Assembly (NCBI GenBank): GCA_051294905.1 | Contig: CM119371.1 | Span: 26,538,001 to 26,602,000 of the forward strand | Length of the DNA stretch: 64,000 nt | Reading direction: 5' to 3' | Origin: Botryllus schlosseri | Lineage: Eukaryota | In this document: positions 1 to 13,257 of the stretch, piece by piece | Layout: each line of letters starts with the position of its first letter | Numbering within the stretch: position 1 is the first letter of the stretch | The notes under the pieces: generated by a model | The model's input: the letters and a program-made list of their open reading frames with translations, nothing else | The model's database searches: none | What the model was told of the DNA's origin: nothing | Made by a program: the position numbers and the translations under genes

Positions 1-2096
1 TCGCAAGTTTGACTCGTGTTTCCCAAGCATTTTTACAAAGCAGATTGGACAACAAATCAGGAAGCAAACGCGCCACCCTTCTACACATCATGTCACAACG
101 ACACCCACCAAGCTTACCCATAAAACAATTTTTTTTGTTCATGACATGCGCGTTGGTGCTTACTGTGGTTTTGTTCGATTCAATTCATAGGCAACGCGAC
201 ACACAATACGTCATTCACAACTCCCTGGACATTTCAGGACATAAACCCGTGGTACCCAACCACCGGTCCGTCGCAACTTTCACCCGGTCCGCATAACATA
301 TCAGACTTTTACGTCTCGGAACCAAAAGTTGAACGCTTTTAAATAGTGAAATGAAACATCAAATTTTGAATTAACGTAGAAATTTGGAATGCATTTGTCT
401 GCCAGGCACCGTAATATTGAGTTCATGATCTGATTTGGAATTTACGCACGTCACAATGCAGAAAGCGTTGAATAAAACGATTTAAAAGTAGCCCACAACT
501 CGTAGGTTTGAACAAAATCACGTTAGATTTCAACGACATTTTTAGCGAATATTCACAGTAGAATAGAGATGGGGTAACAGCAAAGTCGCATTTATTTATA
601 GTTGAATACATTTGTCATAATGACAATTTCAGTGAATTCCGATTATTATTAAAGTGTTACCTGTCCGCACGGTCAGAACGTTCGGAACCACGGACTTGCA
701 CAATCAAGAAGTAACGGAATCAAAGGCAATTGCCTTCCCCATACCATCGCACTACGTTATGATGTATATTGGGGTACTGAAAACGTGATCGTTGGTTTGA
801 AAACTCATTGTTGCATGGAATGAAAAATGAACATCAACGTAGTGCGTTAGTGAGGGTTTCCGATAGAATGTGATCTCATATGGAAATATCTGCTGTTAGT
901 GTGAAAGAGATATCGATTTACAGTTTTTCTAAACAACTTTCTGTAATTTCTTAACCCCCTCTTTCTCTGAACCTCCCATAATGGCTTATAGTTCTTACAG
1001 GGCACAAACAGCACTTCGCCAGCCTCCCTAAAAAACGTTGTTCTTGCGATCCCCCCAGGGATATAGTCCAAACTTCCGGGGCTGCTAATCTAAGACCCAC
1101 CATAAAGATAATTTGTTCACCGCTACTTCTCACAATTCATGATTGAATTGGTCAAAAATATCGGGACTTGCGTATCTACAATTTTTTACCCTCCCTATGC
1201 CCACGTAATTAGATTTTCCGGTACAGCTGAGCGAGGTGCTGTCTTGGAAAATATAGGGCCCGTAAATAAGAATTCATCATGTTCGGGCGGGCCCGATGGT
1301 ATAATGACTTCCTTACATAATGTGCTTTCGTGACCCCTGTCTGCTATGTCAGAAGATATTGAAAACGCCCAGACGTACTAAACTAAAAGACGCACACGAT
1401 TACAAATTGATATTTCTTCTGGCGAATAATTTTTCTCTGCTGGGATGTCATTTGTCTTTTGGGGTTCAGATTTTCAGGACAATAACATTCAGCGCCAGCC
1501 ATTTAGGTGCATATGGACAAAGAAACAAATATATTTGGGATGGTGTGAACCCCTGAAAAGTTCAGGTTCGTGTTAACGCGGGCCATTTTGAAAGGTTCTG
1601 CGTTAACCAGACTTGTACGAACTACTAGATTTTGAAAAAGCGCAGCTACAACTAGAACTTGACTACTCAATTTTAAAACTCGCAACTGTAACTATAACTA
1701 TAACTGCCCGATTTTCAAAATCCGCAACTAGAACTAGAACTACTCAAAGAACCGTTGGTAAGTTGAAAGGGTAGAAATTTAGCAACGGACGGGAAAACGG
1801 CGGGAACAATGGGTAGCTATTCTCATTTATGTATACCCAAGGAACAGCTTTTGATCTGAAATTGCTAGATGGAAATTGACATACATATAGTCTTCAGGGG
1901 TAGTGATGAATATAAGTTGATCTTATCAAGGTGTGTTGAGTCAAAAAAGTATGGGAACGATCGGTCTACCATATTCCATTTCCATATACAAATGCAGTGA
2001 GACTCTTGTGACTGCAATTCCACCCCATTACAGTCAAAAGAATCAAAATAAAAAAGATATGAAAAATTGTCTCTGTAACCAACTTTCATATGATAC

Positions 2097-3391
2097 CAGA
2101 GGTGGTCAAAGTAGTCAAGAAAGCTACTCAAGTAGAAAAGTAGCGACGTAAAAATCTACTCAAGTACGAGTAGAAGTACTTCTTTCATATGCAGCCTAAA
2201 ACTACTTGATATTGAAGTAGAATTGACCGACTTTAAATCTACTCAAGTAAGTAAGTAGTTGTGAAAACGATCATAATTCGTTCGCATGGATTGTCAAAAC
2301 GTGCAAATTGAGCTATGCGAAAAGTGCCGAGCTTGATTCATATTGATGCATACCAGGAGGTATCAAATTTTCTACAGCATCAGCATTCGTGCGCATCATG
2401 GGATGAAAATGATAGTATTGATATGGAAATGCGATACTAATCCTCTGTTTACTCGAACAGCACGCTTTAGAAAATATCATGGTTTGGCGCCCTCCCTCAT
2501 ATTATAAGGCCCGTAGTTTAGTCGAAGAGTAATGCAGAGAAGTTGTATAGGATACGGTGTAAACACTTTGCGCGATTAGTAAACGTTGATAAAAATATGG
2601 TGGATCGAAAAATGTCATTTAGTGTAGCTTTATTTCCAGAAATTATAAAGGCATTACTACACTTGCTTTTATGCTTCAACATGTATGTTATCCAAACAAA
2701 AGAACTGATATTAATTAGAACTGAAAGTATAGGATACTGCAAATATAAAGTGAAATATAAATAATACTTCTAAAAGCGGAATATGTATTTCATGTCTTTA
2801 GTCCAGAAAGTTTTAAAGGTGGTATGACAAAACAGCTCTAAAACTAAAAAAAAAGTCAGAGTCCACTTTTCCAGACTAGGACACGCCATGGACTTTTAGA
2901 TTACGATATGATAAGTGAATGCTAGATTGCGAAACATCAGTTTCAAACGTTATGATGAGCTTATATATACTGTGATGAAATATTTCATATGGAGGAAGGA
3001 CGACAATGCAGTGTGAACGGAACCACGTCAACCCGCTACCTAAATTATACTTACCGATACTTTCGTGAAATCATACTGGTAACTGCGCATCCACTGCGCG
3101 CGAAGCGCGACGAAAATTTTGAGCTTTACTCAACTTTTTTGAAAATTAATTGTTGATACTCCGTGAAAACGGCCCCGAAATTCCTCAGGCTATCTTCCTG
3201 ATTGGAGGATTAAACTACTTCTACTTGACAAACTGAAAATAGCGAAAAGTTAGTAAGTAGATGACAGTAGATATTAGGAAGTAGAAGTAGAAGTAGCGTA
3301 AATTAGATCTACTTGAGTAAGTACCAGAAGTAGAGGGAAACTACTTGAGTACTTCGAAAAATTACAAGTACTTCGTTACTGACCACCTCTG
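2097..3391. mobile_element. hAT-like MITE with CAGAGGTGGTCA TIRs
   Basis: 12-bp TIRs; perfect 8-bp TSD TATGATAC; CTACTCAAGTA subterminal motifs. Confidence 0.9.
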
Positions 3392-3558
3392 TATGATACC
3401 CGATTCGCTTGAATATTTTGATAAGGTTTTGATCAAGTCGCAGAACTAGAACTACTGAATTTTCAAAATCTGCAACTACAACTAGAACTACTCAATTCTC
3501 AAAACCCGTAACTACACCTACGCTTAGTCAATTTTTAAAATCGCAACTAGAACTAGAT

Positions 3559-5040
3559 CAGAGGTCTCAAACACGCGGCCCGCGGGCCGCATGCGGCCCT
3601 CGAGGACATTTTGTGCGGCCCGCGAAGGCATTTTGGAATTTCAAATATTCGACAATATATTCATGTGTCATATATCTTTTTTAGATTTAAGGACTTAAAG
3701 TACACTCTAACACGACTACAAAAACACATCACTTCTAAAATCTAAAGCATGTCCCGTTGATGATCCGTGACTAAAAATTTTGATTTTGTTTGGTGAGACC
3801 TTTCGTCAAATTACTCGATTTTGGATTGTCTGGGGGATAAACTAAAAATTACTCGAGCTGAGTTAGGTCAAGCTTTAAAATCAGAGAAATATCGACTTGC
3901 GTATCGGAATAGTGACTTGGTAATCATAAGGACGCAACAATCTATGAAAATGTCATGGGGAATAGTAATATATCAAAATCCCGTAGCTTGCGTTGCGAAG
4001 GGTATATAGATATATAATCAGGTGTGTAAGAAAACCATTGGCATTCTGTGGTCTCCGTGACGTATATTTGGTTACATCATGGGTGTTGTTTGTTCTCTTT
4101 ATCCGTGTTATTATCGGTGGCGAGTAAAGTAGTAGTACGCTCCACTGCTGTAAAACCAATGGATTCTTCGGCGATTGCTCATGTATATTCCTGGGATTCT
4201 TAACCAGGGGTCCCTAGCCCCACTCGTGATTTGAACCACCACATCAGAGGGTACGAGATGCATTGTGGATATAGGCGTGTATGCTGTGGAATATTTTGTG
4301 GTCTAATTTATTCAACTGGAAAATATCCTTTGCGCTACGCGCGATTTTATGTGAATGGGCTTTCTGATTTTTATATATGTACCATCAGAAATTGTGTTGA
4401 AAATGGACAGGGGGCATAGAAATCTTATTGAAATCACAAGCGATACGATCAATTAAAAGGTTAAGAAACAATGCTATTACTATGGCACAATACTGATTAT
4501 ATCTAATTTGTTATTGATCTGTTCAAATACTAATCAGAGAGAACGTAACGCTGGTTTAATTTGACTTTGGCAATGACAGTAACAATAGCCTACTTATCAC
4601 GACTATATCAGAAACCCCGATTTGGCTACATCGCTCACATGCTCTGATATCAGATCAATATTTAGTAAATTCTAAAATATTCTACGTGAAATTGTGGCAC
4701 GTCAAAGGTCCGCTAGCTGCAATATTATAACCCGACAGCTTTTACGATGTCATTATGCGTCCTCTCGCGTGATGTCTATAACTCATGTTAACAAATTATT
4801 TACAAAAATATTTTATTCAGATATTTGAAAATGTGATTTTTTCGTGCCAAGCGTGACTATATAGTTTAGTAGTAAATTACATTTGCGAGGTGTTTGTAGA
4901 ATGCCTGTCTGCAAGGTGCCGTCAAATGAAGCCTACTCGGATAATATATATTGAATACCCCTATTATTGATGCTGCGGCCCGCGGCGTCATCAAAAATTA
5001 GGAAATTGGCCCACTATCACATTAGAGTTTGAGACCTCTG
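3559..5040. mobile_element. hAT (Charlie/Buster-like) MITE, CAGAGGTCTCAAAC TIRs
   Basis: 14-bp TIRs; TSD AACTAGAT/TACTAGAT; GCGGCCCGC subterminal motifs; contains a degenerate ~280-bp element at ~4191-4473. Confidence 0.85.
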
Positions 5041-6707
5041 TACTAGATGTTAGTTAGTTGACCATCAACTAACCAAATGTTTAGTTCGTACAAGTCTGAT
5101 GTGAACGCAAACGTGAACCTCATGACGTCATGTGACGTCATATTGCCAATTCCAACACTACATTTCAGTGAAGTGATAGCCTTTATTAATGTACATGATA
5201 CCTAGCGACGACTCGGGCCACATTAATACCACAATGCTGAAGTACATATTAACGTTTTAGACGTCACCAAATGTATCAACTTGGGCAATCAAGTGAAATA
5301 ATAAACCCATAAAATCAATATAATATCTTCGTTCGCTTTGCCAACAATTTCGACGACGACTTGCAAGGGAATAAAAGCTTACGCCTCAACGGTCCAGGCC
5401 AGACCGGGTAATGTATTCGGCGTCTCGAGTATTTCTACGTTGATATTGAGCAGAGTGTGAAACGGGTTTCGATACTTGCTACAGATAATGCCTTATTATC
5501 AAGTTATACAGCAATAACCAGCACCCCGATCGCACGGATTATGGTTTTTATGATACAATGAACATATGAAGTCAAGAACCCTCCCTGCTACATCAGACAA
5601 CGATTTCAATTTCAATGATTGGTTGAATAAGCATCATTCGCTGACTGCATGTAGCGTATTTCGCTCTTGATGTTGTGAGATTGCAGGTTAAGCTCACAGC
5701 AGAGAGTCACCGAGTATTTACAAACGGCAAGCTGGTTATTTCGAGCAAATTTTTGTAACAAAGCAAGTAAAATGTTTGAGATTGTCAGTTTGCTGCTCGT
5801 TTAGTGTTGATTTTTTATGCTGCCAGCACCTTTCATATAGAATGGCCCGCAGTTGAAATGCAAAAAATTTCAAGCAAAAATGTTATAGTGAAGTGAAAAT
5901 TGTAGTATCGGAAGAAGATTCCCAGTGCAGAACCTGCCGAGGTCGTATGTGAACGTGAACCTCTTTCCGAGGTTCATACACAGAATGCGAACGTGAACCT
6001 CACGTTCACACCATCCCTATTACATATATTGTATATGTATCGAAGTTTTCCGTTAGTATTAGGGCAGTCCTTTTCGGCAGAGATTTTCTCGCTGACGATC
6101 GTTCTGGTACACTCTGAGTGACATGTTACAGGGCCTAAAACCTCATATGTAATAATGCGCCGTCTCGCGGTAATGACATACGCCTAAGTGCCGATTTCTA
6201 TAAATCATGCGTATTTTTTGTTGGAAGAGTGCAAATAACTAGGATATTTTGCAACAAGAAATCGCGCGTAGCACGAAATTATTAAAATAAAGTTGCATAA
6301 ATCTTAGAAAAAATACTTCATAATTTGTGCTCATTCACGAAATAATTCTAAGCCTCCATCTACAGCTCAACCCCCAATTCCGGGGTTTGGGGTGAGGCAG
6401 TTACGGCCCTGGTTGTTAACAACGATCGCCCGTTCCCGGTCGCCAGCCGACCACGAGATGAGACCAATTCAAGAACCACTTCTTAGCAAAAGTGGGCTTC
6501 TTACGAATTTTGCTATGTGCATATTCGTCGCTATTTCAAATAATGACAAATGACTCGTATGTAGGTGAGGGGATTTCTAAAAAATTGGATTGCGGTGGCG
6601 AATGTTTTCTTACCTTTTATAGTCATTGAAATACAAAAGCACAAAATTAGTGCGAAAAGTCAAGTAGAAGTGGAAGTGGCTTCGAAATATCGGCTCTTGG
6701 TATAGTG

Positions 6708-6970
6708 TTAATTGTATGGAACTGCTCGGAAAATCCGAAAAGAGTACAAGTAATTCGATACAGACCTCCCCTGACCAAGTGCAGTGCTACTGTTCGGTTC
6801 TTCGCTGTCAGATACCGCGTTCCAATGCACACCGTCTGCAAGGCTCGCTTCTTCAGTACTGTAACGGCTTGGCCTTGTTGGTTGCAAGGGAAGCGATATT
6901 AAGAGCCCGTCTGGTACATGACTTGTGCCCCACGGGCTTTTAGGGTTCGTGGTGTGATCCATTGGAGAGT
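6708..6970 (-). CDS. candidate coding exon of an unidentified spliced gene
   Basis: GC-richer non-repeat block; acceptor gtgcAG at 6971-6972; open frame SPMDHTTNPKSPWG...VSDSEEPNSS; no recognisable domain. Confidence 0.2.
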
Positions 6971-8158
6971 CTGCACGCCCCGCAAAACATGATTACAATT
7001 CTGCAAATGCTGGACAAGTAACTTTCAGTCACGCAAATGAGAAAGAAAGAGTCATATATATTCATTAAATCGAAATACTTAACAAACAGACGGTGATAGG
7101 GATGAGGAAAGGATGAGGAAGAAAGGAAAAGTAATCCTGTAACTTTCATTTCCCTCTTTAAATGCACAAGTGCTGCCTACAGTGCGTACATTGAGCTTGT
7201 AGTACCGAACTACATCTGCCACAACGCATGCCGATTACGGTCGGATCAGAATTGTCCGTAATAGAAAGAATGCGGTTTAGTTCAAGATCTTTTTATTGAA
7301 ATTTGCCCACGGTAGAAAAGTTTCGGCATGGCACCTAAAAAACTTGTATCCCGAGGTAAACCGCTTGACGTGGGATGAATAAGTCATAACAGTGTTATGC
7401 GCAACCCCCGCTAAAATCTCGGGCCTCTCCCAGATGTAGTGGGTTGGTACTTGGTAGTCACTTTTTTCAGTTTCTTCATTTGTACGACAATGGTGAATTC
7501 AACTTTCATTGTTTCGTTCGTTCTGTTTTTTTTGTTGTTCTTTCTTTCTTTCCTTTTTTCACAACAACAATTCGACACAGTAAAGTAGTTTGAGTAGCTT
7601 AATTATTACAATAGTCAATTGTATGGTTATTGAGGTCCTGGCAAAATTTAGGCAGGGGTCCGCAGAATTGATAATTTGTATGAAGGGGTCCGTGACAGCA
7701 AAAACGTTGGGAAACACCGATGTAGACTCTTTAAATAGGGCTCGGTTGTAAATCAACACTATGATCAACTTATCAAAATACGAACTATTAAAAGTAAGTA
7801 GTTTTGCGAAGCATATCAATCCACAAAGTGAAATGTCGCAGCGGTGACGTACTATCGTTAACCCTTATCAGAGGGTGTCAACATGCCCGTTTTCGCTGAC
7901 ACTGCATTGCAAATACTTCTGTGAAAACGGATGCATTTCACACCTTCGTCACATTTCGGTAAAGTTTAGCTTTCATGCCCATTCTGATGAACGAAAACGA
8001 GTCAAATACACAAATCAATTTGGTGATATATGTAATAATTTGGCTGATTCTGTTCACGTGTAGGTATCACCTTCTTCGGGTGGAACACGGAAACACGTCC
8101 ATTCCACAAGAACTAGATATGCATGGGCTTTACTGTATTCAACTGATTGCACCTATCG

Positions 8159-8822
8159 CACGGGTTCTTAAACCTGGGTACACGGACCCCTCGGGTGTCC
8201 GCGAACTAGTTTTAGTGGGTCCGTAAAAGGGCAAAACGTCATTACGAAACTACCAAAACAAATTATCTCTTGGGAACGATATCGTAAGTGGGAATGTAAC
8301 TACCTTTTCTAGTCACTAATAGGCTTATATTTTAGGCATGGAATAGCCTAAATAAAGTTCAGTTTGATGTAAGGGTAGCGTTACCATATTTTGAGGAAAA
8401 GAAATGAGATCTCTTTAAAAATTCCAATCTTACTATACCGGAGTAAAATCCGGAACATTTTGTAAATTTATTTCGAGTTTGTAGTTTATTCACCAAAAAA
8501 GGGTACACACTTTCCATGATATTTCCCGTTGATTGACTAAAAACAAGGACAGCTTTCTGACTCAACTACCGTAAGACTGCAAGTACTTAATTCCTATACT
8601 GTTGACCAAAATTTTCAAAACAGAGGACCAATTTTCAAAATAGAGGACATTTGGGCGTTCTCCGAGAACTATTTCACAAATGTCAAAAATACTCTTCAAA
8701 AAGGACGTATGCTAACCCTATGTAAGGACCTTCCTTTCAGCGGATTCTGAAATTTTTGGGTTACGCGCAACTGCCTATAAAACCATAAGGGGTTCGTGAT
8801 CAAATAAGTTTAAGAACCCCTG
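8159..8822. mobile_element. hAT-like MITE, CAGGGGTTCTTAAAC TIRs
   Basis: CACGGGTTCTTAAAC ... GTTTAAGAACCCCTG; degenerate TSD ACCTATCG/ATCTATTG. Confidence 0.7.
8376..8720. mobile_element. hAT-like MITE, TAGGGTTACCATA family (nested)
   Basis: TAGCGTTACCATA ... TATGCTAACCCTA; TSD TGTAAGGG/TGTAAGGA. Confidence 0.75.
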
Positions 8823-8824
8823 AT

Positions 8825-9017
8825 CAATGTTTCCTCCAAGCTGAGCACGTGCGCAAATGCGCAGTGCTGACACTGTCTTTGCGCACAGAAAATCAAGTTG
8901 TGCACATAAAATCCGAAGTGATGACCTTTCTTTTGGTCATTACGCACTGTTGTCCAAGGATCTGCACAGTGAGTTGGGGAGTGTGCGCAGACTCGTCGAA
9001 AATAGGAGGGAACATAG
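8825..9017. mobile_element. 193-bp MITE with CAATGTT termini
   Basis: Perfect 8-bp TSD CCCCTGAT; reverse copy of the element inside the Thr genes at 38923, 49691 and 54882. Confidence 0.85.
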
Positions 9018-9159
9018 CCCCTGATCTATTGGAATGGCTATGAAAGCATTATTCCGTAACGGAAAGTGTCGCACACCCGATTTCGCCGTGCGCCATGGCG
9101 TAAATGGACGAAATAACCGAACTCAAGTATATTGTCCACGACTCTAGAGTACACCTTAC

Positions 9160-9359
9160 TTGATCGCCTGTCCTTTCCAAGCAGACCTAATTCACTTTCC
9201 CTCCTTTGGTGCCGAGGCGAGCCGTCAGAAGATTGACCACTTCCATGACCGCCGTGCGCCCAGAAGTCTTCCAATACCTTCGCATAATTGAAGTCGCGGG
9301 TCCGCCTCTCTGCTTCGAACCTGTGCTCACTCGCCTGCCGGTGGGCCGGTGTGGGATCG
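9160..9359 (-). CDS. candidate internal exon of an unidentified spliced gene
   Basis: Branch-like CTAAC, pyrimidine tract and CAG acceptor; GTAAG donor; open frame DPTPAHRQASEHRFEAERR...GKDRRS. Confidence 0.3.
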
Positions 9360-9827
9360 CTGCGAAGTACAGAAGCAGCAGGTTAGCCATCATTGAGGCC
9401 TCTTCAGTTTCTACGTAATAAAAATCTGAAGTAGTGATTTCCAACTAAGTCAAAACTACCACAAGTGGCGGTAGATGATGGCGTGCGTGAAAAGTAATTA
9501 CAAGTAGAGTCTGTAGGGGTCGCATGCTTTTAGTAGACAATCGGATGGTGTGCGCTATAGATATTTCGGAACCACTCCAGAGTTGGTCAAAGTACTCGGC
9601 GTTGATAATCAAGTTGAAGTAAAAGTACCATCGTGAAATTCTACTTCTTGACAAATAGAAGTAGCGATTTATACATGCCAAAACTACCTCAAGTGAAAGT
9701 AGAATGTGAAGGAATAAAAGGCACTAAAGAAGTTTAAAAATGGAATCGGTTGAGGGCTGTTATTCAGTAACTTTTAGCAGTTACTCGGAGGTGGCTACTT
9801 CATAAATAGCATGGCGTATCTTCGAGC

Positions 9828-10268
9828 CTAGTCTAAAAACCATTTCGGTAGGTAATAGCCCAAGTAGAAAAATGATTTTGACTCCTTCGGGATGCATCTA
9901 CAAATGGAAATGTGCAGTTGTGGAATTTGTACTCATTTACTGCGGTTAATGGTAATGGACGCCGAAAAGTTACCTACACTGCAAGTAAATGCCCGCCATG
10001 GTAATCAGTTATCGTTACAAAGGGCCGGTTTCGTCGAGCTTTCAAGATAATTTTACTCATGCAAGTGATGTGTACAACTCCCAACTACTTATTTTCATTT
10101 TGCGAGGTCTAAAGCAATGTCAAGTGGAAGGGAAGTAGGGGCTAGTCTAAAAACCATTTCGGTAAGTAATAGCCCAAGTAGAAAAATTATTTTGACTCCT
10201 TCGGGATGCATCTACAAATGGAAATGTGCAGTTGTGGAATTTGTACTCATTTACTGCGGTTAATGGTA
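9828..10268. repeat. 127-bp direct repeat pair (9828-9954, 10142-10268)
   Basis: Two copies with two visible differences, 187 bp of unique sequence between. Confidence 0.9.
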
Positions 10269-11469
10269 CATTTCGTGACAACTTCACTCACAAGGTGGTT
10301 CAAACATATATAAACTTACTTGACGATATGAAAAGTGTATGGTATCAAAGTGAGCAGTTCCGTCTCCACAACCACAAAGTATAGAAGTGTCAAAAATACA
10401 ACAATTGAAATACTACGATTGGACTGAACAACGTAAGAGCTCAAATCGAGTGAACATACTTTGGTGTCGACTCGATTGGCAGCAGCATGTCAGATGAAGG
10501 GTCGTGTGATCCGCTCGATTCTTCGGAATTGTCCTCGCCAGTCTTTACAATGCACGACGATTCTGTCAGTAATGAGAAAGCGACTCTTACGTTACTTGTG
10601 CTTGAAAAAGTCCATGGTCAGTGGGAATGGCATCAAAGTGCTTATACAGTTAGCATGGAATCAACCCATTGTGTAACACAAAGAACGGACTGCCATTCAA
10701 GCGAGGAATGACGCCCGAATATTCAAATCTGTGGCGCACCATACAATGAGGTCATACTTTGAGCACGGCCGATCAATCGGCCCAATGTTTTCTGAAATCT
10801 CGGTGTCGGAACCTTCCTGTCAAATATCATTGTCTTATGATGCCATCACGGACATCAATTGATGCGATTGAGAGGGTTGTCAGTAGAGATGGTCGAGGTA
10901 ATCAATATATGCTCTGGTACTCAAGTTGAAATAAAATTAAGAGCGTAAATTGCCACCCAATTACAAGTGAAGTATCGCCTTCCATGATATGCTACATCTA
11001 CAACTCTACTTTCAGTAGAAGTAGCAAATGGAAGTTCGGAAGGTTTTCAAGTTTAGTCTGTATTAAAAAGTAGAGTCGCACAGTATTAGTACTAAATGGA
11101 GAGGTGCTACTTTTAGAGATTTCAAGATGCAAAACGCCAGATGACACGAACAACGGAACAAATTTCTGTGATAGATACTCTTACAGTGATACATGGGCTA
11201 ATTCACCATATAATTATGAAAAGTTGATCCTCAAAAGTAATGTAAGCCAGCCCAGGAGCTATATCATACTTTACAAAAGCTCTTAACCTCTCCTTTGCGG
11301 TCGAAATAACGAGGTAATGCGTGAGATTGGTAAAAATGGTCGAAATGATTCGCGCATGAAACTAGTTTGGAAGCACTCTTTTTGGATGTTTATCTTCTAA
11401 TTTGAAGTTTGAAATATTAGGTTTGCATAAACGATATGTGCTTTCGAACGTCCAACTCGACCAACTCAC

Positions 11470-11751
11470 CCAATATTGGGCTACTGGCAGACGCGTGTTT
11501 TGCTGGGGTCACGCGGGCATCGTTGTCCGTTCCGCTTTTCGCAACTTCGACAGAATTACCCTCGGACACATCGGATTTGGCAACAATAGTTTCGTCTTCA
11601 TAAGTTACCACTGTATCCGTGAGGATGTTCTCTAAAGATTTTCTATAAAGGACCGGGGTTGCATAATGTTCCGTTCCCGAGTCCTCGTCATCGCTTTTGA
11701 TAAGCTGCTGCAACGCATCGTGCGGTGATCGAGATGACATCATAGATTCGC
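11470..11751 (-). CDS. candidate exon, acidic Ser/Thr-rich peptide
   Basis: Lies within the 134-aa ORF 11417-11821; acceptor aacAG at 11752-11753; consensus donor G|GTGAGT at 11469-11464. Confidence 0.3.
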
Positions 11752-12742
11752 CTGTTCTTAGAAATAAATTTACTGCCCCCCTAGGGTATTTTCCTGCCGA
11801 AGATGTGAGGAAATGGTTCAATGTTCGATCCTTACACCGACAAAGGTAATATATAGGTAGGTCAACAACAAGGCTTTAAAGAATGGGTGGTGACGTTTGG
11901 AAAAGGATTCATTCTTTCCTGCTTTGATTGGACCACGGAGTACTGTAAACGTAGGGCGCCAGAAGCAGATATGGTTAGTAACAAATTATTTGACCGTTTT
12001 CGAAGCTCCCAATTTGGTTTTGCCTACTTACAGTACCTACCCTAGTGTTCATGTTTTTTGACAACTTCCACTGTTAACAATTTGTAGGCAAGGGTATAGG
12101 TAGATCCTACATACTAAACTATACCTATTATAGGTAGGCTACCTACCTTTTGCGATCGCGTTTTGGATAGCAGAAGATTGTTGAAGAAGTTCACCAAACT
12201 TATTTCAACAACATAGCCATAGAAACCATGTGAAAAAACTTCCATATGATGACTATAGGATATTCTTTCGGAGATTGTACTTATTCGAAAAGTCATTAGT
12301 CGTTTTGCTTTAATCGCCAAGGTTTATATCTGGCATTTTCGAAATTATACATCAAAGTAGCTCGTGTCAATTTTTTAAAATTTTGACATCCATTTTTCAA
12401 TTTGATCCGAAAACAAGTTCTTGTTGAAATTTTCATATTTTGCGGACATGTTGTGACCCTGTTCATGTTTGTCATATTGATTCAATGTTAACCATGACCA
12501 AGATATGGCCAAAAGAAAATGGAAACATCACATAAAGTTAATTTCCCCGACTTATGCAATAGGACATCAGCTACATTGATTCCACAGCGACGATCTATGC
12601 ACCTACAAATAATTCATAACGGTCTGCGCCGACTTGGCCCACTATACTTGGTGAAACTAGTTACTTGAGTATTTTACAGCTCTTCGATTTCTACCTGGAT
12701 AGTTTAACGTGTAATTGAGTAGAAGTTACCCTCGCTTCTTAC

Positions 12743-13257
12743 TAGGGCTGGGCAAAATCGAGTACCTGAGTGATTCGATTCTGAATCACGTAATATGCTT
12801 CGAGTCGAGTCGAGTAATCGAGTATCACTCATTATGACGTCATACCATAATACAATACGTCAAAGTGCAAATATGTATCTTTTATCCCACCACAAAGAAT
12901 ATAATGCCTGTTATCCTTCTCATAAATGATACTCTGGTATTTTTCGACCATACCGAATTCATTCCACTTGATGACAATGTTGTTGGATAATCATGATTTC
13001 GGAAATGTGCTACGTCCAGTAGCCTTCGTAGCTTTGTACTAGATGTTTCGCATGCTACGATACGGCTAATCAAGGTTTCAACGCTTCAACAGTGAAAATT
13101 AGTATCAAAACTATAATTCTCATTGATAAATTAACTTTCAGTGGCGAGAAGCGTATAATTTAGTACTCGAAAAAATCGTCTTTTACTACACGACTCGAAT
13201 CATTAAAATTAATACTCGATTCAGATTCGAGTACTCGAATCATTGTGCCCAGCCCTA
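12743..13257. mobile_element. hAT-like MITE, TAGGGCTGGGCA family
   Basis: 12-bp TIRs; TSD CTTCTTAC/CTGCTAAC; homologous to 61293-61798. Confidence 0.85.

Larger units (their letters stand above)
1608..5098. mobile_element. hAT-like MITE with CAGACTTGTACGAACTA TIRs
   Basis: 17-bp TIRs; flanks GCGTTAAC/ATGTGAAC versus a single GTGTGAAC in the uninterrupted host copy; CAACTAGAACTA subterminal repeats. Confidence 0.8.
1535..6019. mobile_element. hAT-like MITE, TAGGGATGGTGTGAAC family (interrupted)
   Basis: TIRs TTGGGATGGTGTGAAC / GTTCACACCATCCCTA; 1535-1607 plus 5099-6019 match the 1-kb copy at 21731-22745. Confidence 0.8.
998..6411. mobile_element. hAT-like MITE, CAGGGCCGTAAC family (outer layer of a nest)
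   Basis: Left end CAGGGCACAAACAGCAC, right end GTTACGGCCCTG; collinear with the copy at 27940-29202; degenerate TSD GTTCTTA/GTTGTTAA. Confidence 0.7.
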
